Made by a program: the position numbers and the translations under genes. 46,350 nucleotides of DNA, taken from positions 1 through 46,350 of the forward strand of contig CAJFCJ010000109.1 in the NCBI GenBank assembly GCA_904063045.1, in the 5' to 3' direction. Source of the DNA: Dimorphilus gyrociliatus (taxonomy: Eukaryota > Animalia > Annelida). This document shows, piece after piece, positions 1 to 11,524 of this stretch. The notes under the pieces were generated by a model that saw only the letters and a program-made list of their open reading frames with translations, was not told the DNA's origin and ran no database searches. Each line of letters opens with the position of its first letter. The stretch's first letter is position 1.

Positions 1-826
1 GATTCATATGGAATGATACAGCTTGATGTATAGATTATGCAGTGCTTTGCAGTGTTTGTTAAAAACTTTTGAGAAAAGTTATATGTGCAAATGTTTGGAT
101 GATCCTGAAACTTGTGTATTGTTCAATTGGATATGAGTAAAGGTCATTAGAAGGAAGCTTTTTTGAGTATAATTTGAAGTTTCTAGGTGTTTTAAGGTGA
201 CGGCATTTGGCCTAAAGTACATTTTAAACAATGTGACAATATTTCTTACTTTTTGCTTTGTTCTGGAAAGCTGTTATTCCATAATTTTAGTAAGTCAGAA
301 AATTGCATAAGATGTAACATTTTTTTGGTAAAAGTTGGATAGCTTCCAACACAAAAGAATAGACAAAGGTCAATATAATACAGTCTGGTTATTGAACAAT
401 TTACAGGAAATACCAATAATTTTATTGAGTGTGACATTACTCTCAAAAACAGCTGGAAAGTTTCCATATGTTTTTGAAGAGATCATTAGGGATTCTAAAT
501 CTGAATCTTTAGGTTCATGATAGAAATAGTAGTTTTCAAAAAATAATAGAGTATAATCTTGAATTTCTTCATCCCTACACCAAACACTATGTTCAACTCT
601 GCTGATACTTGTAACATTTAGTTAATATTTACTCAAAATTTTCATTCTCAACCCTTCTGAAGGTTTATTTGTTGAAATATTATGATGCTTTGTATAGCCA
701 GCATTTCTACAAAGTGAAGCCTTGGAATAGAATATAAAATTGGAAGATATAGATGAAAAATAGTTGGAGAGTTTGTACAGATGGATGAGTGGATGGATAG
801 GTAGATAGTTTTGGTTGGGCAAACCT
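1..826 (-). pseudogene. Probable degenerate ectodomain exons (SRCR-like) of a GRL101-like receptor paralogue running off the left edge
   Basis: Acceptor-like 'tattttag|' at ~826, then a frame containing LCRNAGY. A later frame contains IIGISCK. Both resemble the LC/ICxxxGY/F and terminal-Cys motifs in the ectodomain of the 17.4-25.3 kb gene. Several stops and frameshifts are present. Confidence 0.3.
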
Positions 827-955
827 AAAATATCAAAAATCTCACTCTTAACCTAACAATTGTTACAAAAAAGCAACAAATTGGTTTGTCATTTGTTGAA
901 ATATGAAGAGTTACAATTTCTATAGAAAAAAAAGTCTACATAAGTATATAAAAAA

Positions 956-1147
956 GGGTGTGATGGAAAAAGTCCACAAATCGATACTTTTACCCTAACC
1001 CTTGTGATTGCCTAACATTTTCCATCAGCCCTAACCCTTAAATGAGATGCCCGTGAGTATAAATCAGCATATGGTGTATGCTAACCATTTTTCGAACTAA
1101 AATTGAACCACCAAAAAATCACATTTGTGGATATTTTCCATGACCCC
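956..1147 (-). mobile_element. MITE (telomere-motif family), copy A
   Basis: Imperfect TIRs GGGTGTGATGGAAAAAGTCCACAAAT (956-981) and ATTTGTGGATATTTTCCATGACCCC (1123-1147). Internal ttttaccctaaccc is the reverse complement of the GGGTTAGGGTAAAA signature in other copies. Confidence 0.75.
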
Positions 1148-1239
1148 TTTAAAAAAAATATATTTGGCTTTAGCCATTTTCTAAAATATTCTATTTTTTA
1201 AATACAGTTATATATATATATATTTATATATCTCTCATG

Positions 1240-2040
1240 CTAAATAACTTTTGATGTCTCAGTAAAGATATTTCATCTCATATACTCTATTATTGTCAAT
1301 AAATATTGTCCTCTGGTGGGAATCATATTGATGACTTTAAAGTGTAGCCAGATCATTTTTTAGATTCATCATCATTATTCATCATATATGTTGCTCCAAA
1401 GATGGTTCTTCAACTTCCAGAACAGAAAAAAAGTCTGATGGAGCTAGATCTTGGCTGTTGGAGGCAAAAATTTCTATACATTTTTTTCCACTGACTGGTG
1501 GTAGAGAGTATATGGCATTATCATGTTGTAAAATCACTCCTCTATTATGTTCAGTAAATTAGTCGCCTCAGTCTCTTTAAAATATTCATTTAGACTTTAT
1601 GGTTTATAGTGAACAACTATTCCTCCACTTCCTCTTAATACTTTTCTAAGAGTTCTGTAAAAATTTCTCTACCCTTACATATTTCTGAACTCAATAATAA
1701 GCTGATAAGGAATCCACCTTGACAATATTCCTTTTCCCAAATTTTCAATAGCAGCAATAACTCAGTCTGACATATTCAACAATTTTCTTTGATTAGTGCC
1801 AAAACTCTCTTTACTTTCATCAGAACCAGTTGTTTTTGGGCGTCCTAGCCAGTCTTTAACAAGTTTTCTGTTCATATTTGCTCAAGTGCTCAATGTCACT
1901 TCCTTACTGAACTGTCATTGAAGGTTGAGTCCCCAAAAGCATCTTTCAATTCCTTATGAATATATTGTGGGCAAAATCATTAATAACTTTTTATTTAGAG
2001 ATCATAAAGTCATTGGAAATGTCAGTGATAGTTTATTATT
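1240..2040 (-). mobile_element. Decayed, internally deleted mariner (DD34D) transposase
   Basis: The minus strand reads IHKELKDAFGDS (~1929-1965), GRPKTT, RGVILQHDNA (HDNA at 1514-1525) and DLAPSDF (1431-1450). These are canonical mariner motifs, with many stops and frameshifts. Confidence 0.85.
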
Positions 2041-2097
2041 TAACATACACTTTTAACTTATAATAGTAAGATATAGGCCTACACTATCACTTTTAAA

Positions 2098-2343
2098 TTA
2101 TCCCCAACAGCAAGTACTTATGTAAATACCTCTTTTCAGAGCACAGATTTTGGCCATAAAATGGAAATCATCAAATCCCATATGAGAGCAAATTTTCTCA
2201 TAAAATGATCTTTTATAGTTGAAATATGCTAGGTAATGAGTTGATCTTTTGGGCATTATTTTGACATTTAAATATCCATATTTATGTGTTTGACATTCAG
2301 TAATCTTTTCTAAGATATAATGAACTGATTGAAAATTATACAT
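2098..2343 (-). pseudogene. Degenerate SRCR-like ectodomain exon of a GRL101-like paralogue (5' part of the locus at 1-826, separated from it by mariner and MITE insertions)
   Basis: YGYLNVKI...SFYEKICSHMGF parallels VLGLVTF...SFENILCEYFGY (24944-25330) and FGILYVK...NELCKLLGY (23667-23984). Confidence 0.4.
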
Positions 2344-3799
2344 ATATATATATATATATATATTATATAAAAATTTGAAATTTTGTCATAAAATTCATTT
2401 TTTTGATTCATCATTTTCTTTCTTTTGTTTAAGATTTTAAAATTATAAGACAAACATTTGTTTTATTAGTTTTTTTTATTATTTCCTTATATTAAAATCA
2501 ATTTATGTATTAATTTTCAACTTCATTCATGTTATTACTTTCTAATTTTCATAGTCTGTTTTATTAATAAATAAGAGCTGTAGCTCAATAATTTAACTTG
2601 ACCAAATAAAAAAATAAGCCTATCAGATTTAATAAAGTTGTGCACTTAGATGTCACTCAGAAGTAGTTTAAAGGACGAATTTGATTGTGATGACAATTAA
2701 ACCTCTAGAAAGACAGCAAAGAAGCATTGACTTAAAACAAATTTTCAAAAGCAACAGTAACTTTTTTTTATAGAGATTTTTTGAATTGAGAAACCCTAAA
2801 AAATTTTATTGAAGTTTGACCATATTTGAAACCCAATTTTTGGCACATAGACTGAGTTCTATCAAAAGTAAGAAAGCTAATGCATATTTAAAACCACCGT
2901 TTTTCAAGGAAAATTAATGAAGTTCATGTGAATTCTGAATATTTGTTTTTGTTGAGATGCTGACAGAGATGTGAGTGGAAAAATTTTCTTCGATTATATA
3001 AAGCAATATGGGCATCTGAATGAAATTATTTTGACAATTAAATTAGGATATTTACAATGAAAAATTCATGAATACTCTCTTTCTCATCTATAAAATTATA
3101 AATTTGATTGAATGATAAGAACCGTTAAATTTTTCATCTTCATGGCAAGCATAGGTTGTTACATAATATCTAGTTGTAGCTTCTTTTAGTGGGCACTTGT
3201 CAATAGAAATAAAAAATTTTCAGTTAGTCAACTATTCTTTCCTAAAAAAAGTATATACATTTAAAATTTAATTGTAACCATTTCGATTGAAAGAAGAAAG
3301 TGTAAGAATCGGCAGTGCTATATTTTGTTCATTGCAGAAGTTGATGCTTTCTTTTCATTGTCTTATTTGGAAAATGATGAACATTGGAGAAAAAGTAGTG
3401 GCAAAGAGTATTCAGTTCTAGGACTGACATGTTCAAATAGACTGATATGGATTATTTTTGCAATATTAGGTTGCGCTCAATACATAATCTTTTTGATAAA
3501 TTCATCATTTTTAACAAATAGGAACTTTATCTGTTTTCTCTCATATTCCATGGAATGATGATTATCTAAGTGTAATTATTTTAGTTGCAATGAGTCTGAG
3601 TGGAGTTTTGGATCCATTTTGGCTTTAAAACAGGTCACAAAGATAATAATTTTTCATCATTCAAAAAATGTATCAATGCATGGAAAATTTGCTTTCAATA
3701 ATTTATTTTATCAAGTTATAAGTAGGAACTTTGAGCTCATTACAATCAAATTTGTCCTTTCCAATCATTTACCAATGTGCCAAAGTACTTACACAAATA

Positions 3800-3822
3800 G
3801 GGTTAGGTTAGGGTTAGGGTTA
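3800..3822 (+). repeat. Interstitial TTAGGG-type repeat
   Basis: agggttaggttagggttagggtt. Confidence 0.8.
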
Positions 3823-3981
3823 TTAAATTAAATGATTAAGTAGTTTTGCAACTAAGTTATCACATTTCAAGAGACCCAAGTCAATAATTGGTTAGCAATA
3901 ATCAGAGAATGGTTGTTTTTTTTTTCAACTATTTTGAAAGAATCTTCAAAAAAAAATATTTTTTAATTTTTCCTACCACAT

Positions 3982-4040
3982 GACCTACCACAGTTTCGTC
4001 CTGCTCTCTTTTTTCAATACCAAGGACTCATCAGGGTCTA
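3982..4040 (-). ncRNA. Minimal type I hammerhead ribozyme (Penelope-like element/retrozyme type)
   Basis: Minus strand: GACC-CTGATGA(4034-4028)-GTCCT[20-nt loop]AGGAC-GAAA(3997-3994)-C[TGTG]G-TA^-GGTC. The catalytic core is complete. Stem II has 5 bp, stem III has 2 bp plus a tetraloop, the cleavage triplet is GUA (cut after 3986), and stem I is GACC/GGTC. Confidence 0.8.
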
Positions 4041-5326
4041 TTAATATTTATACTGCAGAGAGGTTGAAGACATCCATTAGGGATAATTCTTCTTCAGGTA
4101 TATAGTGTATTAGGAAAGAAGGTGTTGTTTAATCAAAAGCTGCCTTCCAAATGAGTGTTTACTATTAAGTTGGTTAACTTTTTCATGGGACTGTGAGAAC
4201 TTTAAGAATGTAGTTGATGAAATATGATAGTTTGAACAAGAATGTCTAGTTAACTTGGTGGATTTTTTATAACATCCTCAAAAGAATATTTTACAAAGTT
4301 TTGTAAAAGAAAGTTGAATTTGAATATAAACTGGCTTCAAGAGATTATTTGTTAGTTAGCTATTCTTTACATTCAAACCAGCTTTCAAATCTCTAGCATA
4401 TTTATGACCAACTTTTTTTACTTGTATAGAATATATAAGGGAAATAGGTAAAAAATTCAGTTAATGTATCTCAGTAACCAGTTGGGTGATTTTGATGGAA
4501 TTTGAAGCAAATTTAATGGCAGAGAGAGAGAGAGAGAGAGAAGATGTCTTATTACAAACTCTAAAAGATGTCAAATAGCTTTTGAAAACTATTAAATATT
4601 TATTTTCAAAACAAAAGCCCAATATTTATATGTATAAATTAAAGAAAGTTATGTGTGAATATGCTCAAACTGTGAAAGCTAACCCTTTGTAATGAACAGG
4701 GTTAGAAAAAAAATGGAAGTAAATTTAGAGAAAGCAAGAAATAAAACGTTTCTTGAAAATTGAATGGAAAACTAATATTGTATATTGTGTGTTTAGGATA
4801 AAGAAAGAAAATGAACTCAGATTGGAGAATACACAAAAGAAAAAGATAGTTAAAAACTTTTAAGTTATATCATGTAATAGAAAAAAGGAAAGATGAAATT
4901 ATTGAACATATATGGAAGATTGAAGAGAACAGCCTTTGAGTATAAACATTTCTGTAAAGACTGGCTGATGTAGATATCAAAAAAAAAGTTTCAATACAGT
5001 TTCTTAGTAACCTTGACCTTTAAATAAATCACTCTGTCTATTTGCTTCAATTGAAGCTTTAAACCAGAAATTTTTCTACAAGAATGGACAATAATTTGAA
5101 AGAGGATGAATCTTTTAAATATGATTTATATAAATAAAAACAATTGAAGCTTAGCATGCTTGATTATATTCTTCTTTGAATCTTGAACAATCTCCCAATC
5201 CATAATCCTATACTTTTAAGTAAAGTTCTCTATGGACGATCCCATGCTGCTCTCTGTGTTGTATTGTAAGTGTAGGAACTTGTAGCTAATCACAATTGAA
5301 TTTATCCTTTCCTAACAAATTTATCA

Positions 5327-5418
5327 ACAACAACAACAACAACAACAAGTATTTTGTCAAATAGAATATGTATTGATTAAATCTAACTGCTAAACTCTAA
5401 TAGTAGTAGTAGTAGTAG
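5327..5418. repeat. (CAA)n and (TAG)n microsatellites
   Basis: A caacaa run at ~5327-5348 and a tagtag run at ~5400-5418. Confidence 0.9.
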
Positions 5419-6648
5419 TTTCCATACAGAAGGAGGGTATGCTTGAACCCTCCACTTGTACATTTGTATCCCCCACCCTAATTAGGTGAGTCTAAACTAA
5501 GGGTTAGAGATAATAAAATAGTGAAAACATGATTTTATGTATGGGGTAAAAATTATCACATCCAATAATATCTATTTTTGCACAACAGTTTTCAATTGTA
5601 AGATTTTTCTTACTAATTCACCAAATGCTTTAATATTGTCTTTTTCTTTCTTGGGACTTTTTCTGGTAAAATTTTTGCAACATATCTTGTATGTTGAATC
5701 CGTGCGCTAAATGATAGGGACAAGATTTAAACTACCAAAACAACTATAGAATAGATATAGTGGACTAGAAGATGTCCTCTTTTAATAGAGATAATACAAG
5801 TTGAATAATGGAAAAATAATGGAATAGAAGATGAAACAGTAAAAAACTGGTGGACATTTTCTATTTCTATACCACTTTGCAGGAACCAGTTGAAAACGGC
5901 CATAAATGAATTATATTTGGGACAAGACAGCTGCTGATATACATTTAGGAGGATCCAATCTTACGCATAAACAAAGTTGGGGGTCAAATTATAGATTTAC
6001 GGCCATTTTCTATTGCATCCCACTTTGTTAACAACCTGATATTTTATATTTTTTAAGCCAATTTCTTGTTCAAATGTTATAGATTTCGAATGAGTGAAGT
6101 ATATTGCCTGACAAACATTCTTGATGCAATGAATATATTCATTATTTGAAAAAAAATTTTATATTTAAAAAAAGATGTTTTGTTCCTATGGTTACTTTTC
6201 TTTCTGTCTTTTCTTATCTTTAGTCTCCTTCAGGACCTTTGAAATATGGCTAAGAATTAAAAATAAGGGGTTGGATATTGAATTAAGTGGAATAAGCGGT
6301 ATAATTATTAGTTTTTAAGATTCATTCCCAATATTTATAGGATAAAACCCAGAAACCATGCCTGAAAAGAAGGATTATTTTTTTTTGAAAAAATCAATAG
6401 ATGGGTGGAAAATTTTTTTTTACATAATGATGAAATTGGTAACCAAGATAAAAGATTTAGTAATGCTATAAACAGAACAGATATTTTTACTCTTGAAAAT
6501 TTTTTTTGACTTACCTTGATCGTCTTTTTCATATTTTGCGCTGATTGGTTCACGTGTCTTATAATATTCATGTATAAAAGTGCCAATGAAATACTGATTG
6601 AATTGATCAATAGGCCATAGATAAAGAGTGATAAAATCCGGGGTCAGG

Positions 6649-6707
6649 ACGATTCGGTCTGTTTTGGAACAATTCAGTCTGTTTTTGGGACAATTCAGCC
6701 TGTATTT
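6649..6707 (+). repeat. Three ~20-bp subterminal tandem repeats
   Basis: acgattcggtctgttttgga / acaattcagtctgtttttggg / acaattcagcctgtattt. Confidence 0.85.
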
Positions 6708-6909
6708 AAATTAAGAATATTGCACTTTTTTTAAAACTCAAACAATATATAACACCAGTTTATTTCATTATGTAATGGAACTGTTACCAGTTTTTTGTGT
6801 ATATTTTATTTCTTTAACTCCAGTGAAAGCTTTTTTGATTTTAAAGAACTAAAAATTGATTATTAATTGATAATATAAAGTGTGAAAAAAGAAAATTCAA
6901 TTGTACATA

Positions 6910-7547
6910 ATGAATTTAAAAACATGCTGGTTGTGTACAAAGAAATTTTATTGGAATCAACAGAAAGTAAGATGCAAACTTTGCAAGCATTTTTATCATA
7001 GAAAGTGTTCCAAAAGTAAGTAAATATTTCTCTTTTCTTTCCTTTTTGTAAAACTTACATATCTTTAATCAGAAAATGATTATTGTGTTGATTGCTTCAA
7101 TGTTAGAAGACAAAAAGTTTTAATTAAGTTAAGAAAAATTGTTGAGAAAAAAAATGAAAGTCATTCAAATGAAAGTCAAAATGAACTGGGTGCTATGAAT
7201 ACTGAACAATTTCATAAAGAAAATCAACAAGTAAATAACTTGTAACTTTTCTCAGTTGAAAAATTGTTAAAATTTTGTTATTTCAGTTGAGACTATCCTT
7301 CAATTTTGAAAATTGTATTGAGGATATATCTGAAGAAGAAAATAATAATTCAAATAACTGTGATCAAGATCAAAGAGTTGACATTCAAGATGAAGTATCA
7401 TTTGATACAAGCAAGGAAATAAGTGTTTATGAAGCAAATGAAAATGATTTTGAAATTGTCAAGCTTGTCAGTTCACTTCAAACTAGTAAACTTAAGAAAA
7501 TATTGTCCAGTTTAGGGAATAGCAATTACCCAACCAGTTTACAATAG
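6910..7547 (+). CDS. Three-exon 174-aa protein: N-terminal PHD finger (C4HC3) plus acidic low-complexity tail
   Basis: Exons 6910-7015, 7073-7230 and 7287-7547, with GT-AG introns in compatible phases. Spliced sequence: MNLKTCWLCTKKFYWNQQKVRCKLCKHFYHRKCSKKNDYCVDC..., showing C-x2-C...C-x2-C-x4-H-x2-C...C-x2-C spacing. Confidence 0.7.
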
Positions 7548-7794
7548 GTTTTCCCCAAAAACTTTAAAATTCCCACCGAATTAACTTGAACCTCTTTTAC
7601 CTGAACTTGTACAAAGCTTCCAAGAAAAAACACTGATTGTAGAAAACTGTAAATGAATAAAAAAATATTTTATACTAGGCCTATTAAATATGAAAGTCAT
7701 TTTATGGAAATTTTGAATATTAAATGCTGTAATGATGAATACAATGGTGAATATTATTAATTTACAAAAAACAGTGATTGTTTACCAATTATTC

Positions 7795-10700
7795 TCTCTT
7801 TATTTTTACAGTTTGTCCTCAAAATGCTAGTTTGAAAATATATAATACTTGCTATTTTATATTTGATCAAAAAGAAAAGCATTCAATACAAAGGATTCAT
7901 GAAAAGTGCAAAGTGAAAGGTTTAGTAATGATTGAAGAACCATTGAATCATTCACAATATATTTATGAAATAATTCTATTTATGAGATTTTACTTGCACA
8001 ATTCTACAAAAGTTACTTTTGCTGACCTATATAATTCTCAAACTTCTGTTGGTAAAACTATGTTAGTCATTCCAACAGGTAAAAGGAATTATGGATAAAC
8101 CTTCCCCTAAACATTTTTCTCTAGCTTTACAACAGGTTCAAAATTTGAAATTTAATATAACTTTGTTTACACCAACCTTAATGCCATGGAATTTTTGGTC
8201 TGGCTACAATCTAATCACTAGAAAGGTAGGTGAACATTTCATATCTAATTTCCTTTTAAAGTATACTTTTTTTCCTTATTTATTAAACTTAAAATAGGAA
8301 ACTCTAGAACAAGTTGCACTTTTGCAAACTGTTCAAAATTATATATCTTTTCAACTTGCCAATGCAAATCTTCCAGATGGGAAATGTTTTCTTAATAAAA
8401 GACTGACTACTACTGTTGGTGCACTTAGCTTTCATGTATTTATGAAAGTTCCTGTATCATGTACACAGAGAATTGAAAGTTCACTATTCTGTCAACTTTA
8501 ACCAAGTATATTCCATGATTTTTTCAACAGTTCACAAACCTTAATTCATATTTTGTTTAGGAAATGCATCATTTCATCACCAAATAAGGAAGCTTAATAT
8601 AAATATCACATTTTTTAACTGTTCTTCATTCAATTTTCTTTGTTTAAAAGATCAAATTTGTATATCATTAATTCAAGTTTGTGATGGTGAAAAAGATTGT
8701 TTTTCTGGTGAAGATGAAAGAAATTGTCCTCAAAATACAAAATTTACTTGTAATACAAATAATCAGGAAATTTCTTTCCAATATCTTTGCGATTATATAC
8801 ACGACTGCGTTGATGAATCTGATGAAATTTTTTGTAGTTTTCACACTTGTTTCGATTTTCAATAGTAGGCCTATTCAAATTGTTTTTCTCTACTTGACAT
8901 ATGTTTTTTACTATTCAAATTAGTTCTTGTATAAATTACCAATGTATTCAGTACAAGCAGTCATGTGACAATGAACGAAATTGTTATGATTTTAGTGATG
9001 AAGACTGTCTACATTATAAATCGAAAAGTATTGCATCCAAAAGTAAAAATAGACTTTTTTTTCTCTCTCTCTCTCTCTCTCTTCCCTTTTCTTTTAAAAT
9101 GTCTCTTTTTTTCAAAATCCCCCCTCTCTCTCTCTCTCACAAAAATGAAGCAATTCAAGAATGCAATACTGAATTACAATACATATAAACCAAAGATATT
9201 TTTGCGTGATTATGTCTATGATTGTAAAGATGGTACTGATGAAGATGAAGAATTTTGCTCAATGCAAATACTTTACAACAACAACATGTTTGAAATAAAT
9301 TTTCATTTGCTTATAAAAATGTCCATAGATTTAACATCTAAGATTTGGGGTTAGGGTTAGGGTAAAAGCATAACTTTTTGTAGACATTTTTCCATATTAT
9401 ATCATACCGTATCATTCTTTTCATGTATTCTCTCTATCATAGCACCTGTAATCTTAAATACGATTCTATGGGGAATCTTAAAACAAACATTCGCGAACCT
9501 TTTTCTTTCTTGAAAAATTGCTCAAAGAAATCTTGCTCTGAAGGAGAATTTCTATGCAAATCATCAGGATATTGCATCTCCATTGAGCAAGTATGCGATG
9601 GTGTAAATCACTGTTGGTATAACGATGATGAAACTAATTGTGGTACCTGTCTGATTTAAGCCTAAAGCGAGAAAAAATAGATAAATTCATGAGGTTAATT
9701 TTTTTTCTAAGGTGATTATAAACCAAAAGGATTTTTCAAATGTCAACTTGAAAGTAAGTACATCAATTTGGATAAGATTTGTGATGGAATAATTAATTGT
9801 AAACATGGCAATGATGAATTGTATTGTCCTTCAACTACAAATGTATGCTCACCAAAGTGTTCATGCCAATATGGCTATATGATTGAATGTAAATCAAACT
9901 ATGCAAATAATCAAGAATTGAATATTGAAAATTTAAATGGATATTTAGCAAAAAGTTTAAAAGTGGAAAATATTCTAAACATTTATGGATTATTTTCATC
10001 AAATGATCTTGTAAAATTGACAATTATAAATTGTAAAATGAACAATTTACTTGAACATTTCAAACTACCAAATCTATTCTTTTTGAATTTGACAAATAAT
10101 CATTTCAAAGACTTAAAAGATATAATTGTTAATGCAGATAATCTTCTATCAATACTTGATTTATCATATAATCCTATTGCTTCTCTTAATGATATTGATA
10201 CAATGATGATTAATTTAAGAATACTGAATTTGTCCTATACAAAAGTTGCATCTTTGAAGAAAGAACACTTTAGAGCAGTGGGAAAATTGAATGTTTTGTC
10301 TATTAAAGGATGTTCTATAGGAACCATTGAAAGTGATATTTTTAAATTGAATAATCTACAAACTCTGGATTTGTCCTTGACTGACCTACCTAGAGGACAG
10401 TTGAAGAATCTTGTCAAGAATCTACAAAATATAATTGTAATAGAAAGCAAATACTTTCTGGCCTGTTGCTTTGCATTCAAATGTTCAAAATCAATTAAGA
10501 ATTGTACACCATCGTCTTCCGTTTTCAATACTTGTTCAGACTTCGTTGCATCCAATCTATTGAATTTTTTCCTGTGGATATTTGGGGTTATGGCTCTGAT
10601 TTTCAATTGTATATCAATCTTTTGTCATGTATTTGTTATTGAAAAATTGTCAAATTTATTTTATCTATCGATGTCAATTTCTGATTTATTGACAGCCGTT

Positions 10701-10825
10701 TATTTATTTTTAAAAAAAACAAAACAAATAGATAATGAATTTATGAAAAATAGTGAAAAGAATAATTTATTCTTCTGTTGTCATAAAAATCATTATTTTC
10801 CTATCAACATTTCTAGTAAAGTATT
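7795..10825 (+). pseudogene. GRL101-like LDLa-LRR GPCR paralogue 2: CTL-like exons, ~6 LDLa, LRRs, hinge, TM1-TM3; disrupted and truncated
   Basis: A CTL-like NTCYFIF...EKCK segment (7795-8090). LDLa motifs include CDGEKDCFSGEDE, CDYIHDCVDESDE, CDNERNCYDFSDE, CDGVNHCWYNDDE and CDGIINCKHGNDE. LRRs include LNLTNNHF, LDLSYNPI and LNLSYTKV. The hinge reads ACC..C...CSDFV, and TM2 reads MSISDLLTAVYL. Defects: frameshift near 9185, MITE inside an exon at 9311-9399, frameshift in the T/A run near 10705, and no recognisable TM4-7. Confidence 0.8.
9311..9399 (+). mobile_element. MITE (telomere-motif family), short copy B, inside GRL101-like coding sequence
   Basis: ataaaaatgtccatag ... ggggttagggttagggtaaaagca ... 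tttgtagacatttttccattata. Confidence 0.7.
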
Positions 10826-10965
10826 TTCTAATATGAATTTCCTTCTAAAATATTCCAAGTCATGTATAAATGCAATATACTATTGCCATCAATATGAAAT
10901 CTCTTTAAATGGATATTTTATTGGCAATATGATTTTCAGTCAGGTAAGAATGGTAATTAGAATAT

Positions 10966-11099
10966 GTGTGATGGAAAAACACCCAAAGATGAAGTATTTA
11001 TAGGCCAAATTTTTCAGTTGAGTTAGGGTTTAGTATGGTCAAGGGCTGGGTTAGGGTTAGGGTAAAGCAATATATTTGTGGACATTTTTCTCATCACAC
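10966..11099 (+). mobile_element. MITE (telomere-motif family), copy C
   Basis: TIRs GTGTGATGGAAAAA and TTTGTGGACATTTTTCTCATCACAC. Internal gggttagggttagggtaaagca. Confidence 0.8.
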
Positions 11100-11524
11100 T
11101 GTGATACATTTTGCTTTTAAATTACATTTGTATAAAATCACCTTTTGCAGGTGAGAGAAAGTAAACACCAGATATTGGTTTTTCTGAAACAATTAGTTCC
11201 GTTAAATACAAATAATGGAATGGAAGATATTCTCTCTTTTTTTAATCTAGTTAATAATATTTTAAAGAAAAGAATATTCATTGGTAGACAGTTGTGGGAT
11301 TGATGATCAATTGGATGTGGAAATTTAAATGCTGTATTTCTCAATCAACTATTAGTGTATAAATTATATATAAATATTTTTGCCATTATCAAGAATAAAG
11401 AGAATGTGAGAGCACTAATTGTTTATTTTGATTTGAAAACTGCTGTACTAAAACATGCCGATTCTGTATTAAATAAGAATGTGAATAAACTGTATATTGC
11501 TACAAAAAGAAAATGTAAGAAACC

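Larger units (their letters stand above)
6611..7683 (+). mobile_element. Putative non-autonomous DNA transposon (TAG...CTA ends, Academ-like?) carrying a PHD-finger gene
   Basis: The left end TAGGCCATAGATAAA and the reverse-complemented right end TAGGCCTAGTATAAA form a short imperfect TIR. Flanks are TCAA / TTAA. Subterminal tandem repeats lie at 6649-6707. Confidence 0.45.

Noticed and set aside
3800-3822. TTAGGG tracts as a true telomere or chromosome fusion site
   Set aside because: Only 2-4 units each, dispersed in both orientations and mostly embedded in MITE-like elements.
5432-5453. GGAGGGT...ACCCTCC hairpin as a Helitron 3' end or terminator
   Set aside because: No CTRR end at the expected distance and no second copy in the window.
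2640-6300. Additional 5' ectodomain exons of receptor locus 2 (e.g. VLGLTCS in 3325-3558, VMCEYAQ near 4660)
   Set aside because: Only isolated motif echoes with many stops; no exon chain could be built.
6649-6707. CRISPR-like repeat array
   Set aside because: Units are adjacent with no spacers, and the context is eukaryotic and spliced.
10235-10606. Antisense ORFs 10235-10606, 12679-12947, 8668-8862, 19013-19219, 40359-40568, 41295-41531
   Set aside because: Shadows of real coding sequence on the other strand or frame, with no motifs of their own.
10700-11003. C-terminal ~100 aa of ORF 9768-11003 as a novel receptor tail
   Set aside because: It is out-of-frame read-through after the homopolymer at ~10705 and runs into a MITE. 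TM3-like sequence is in another frame.
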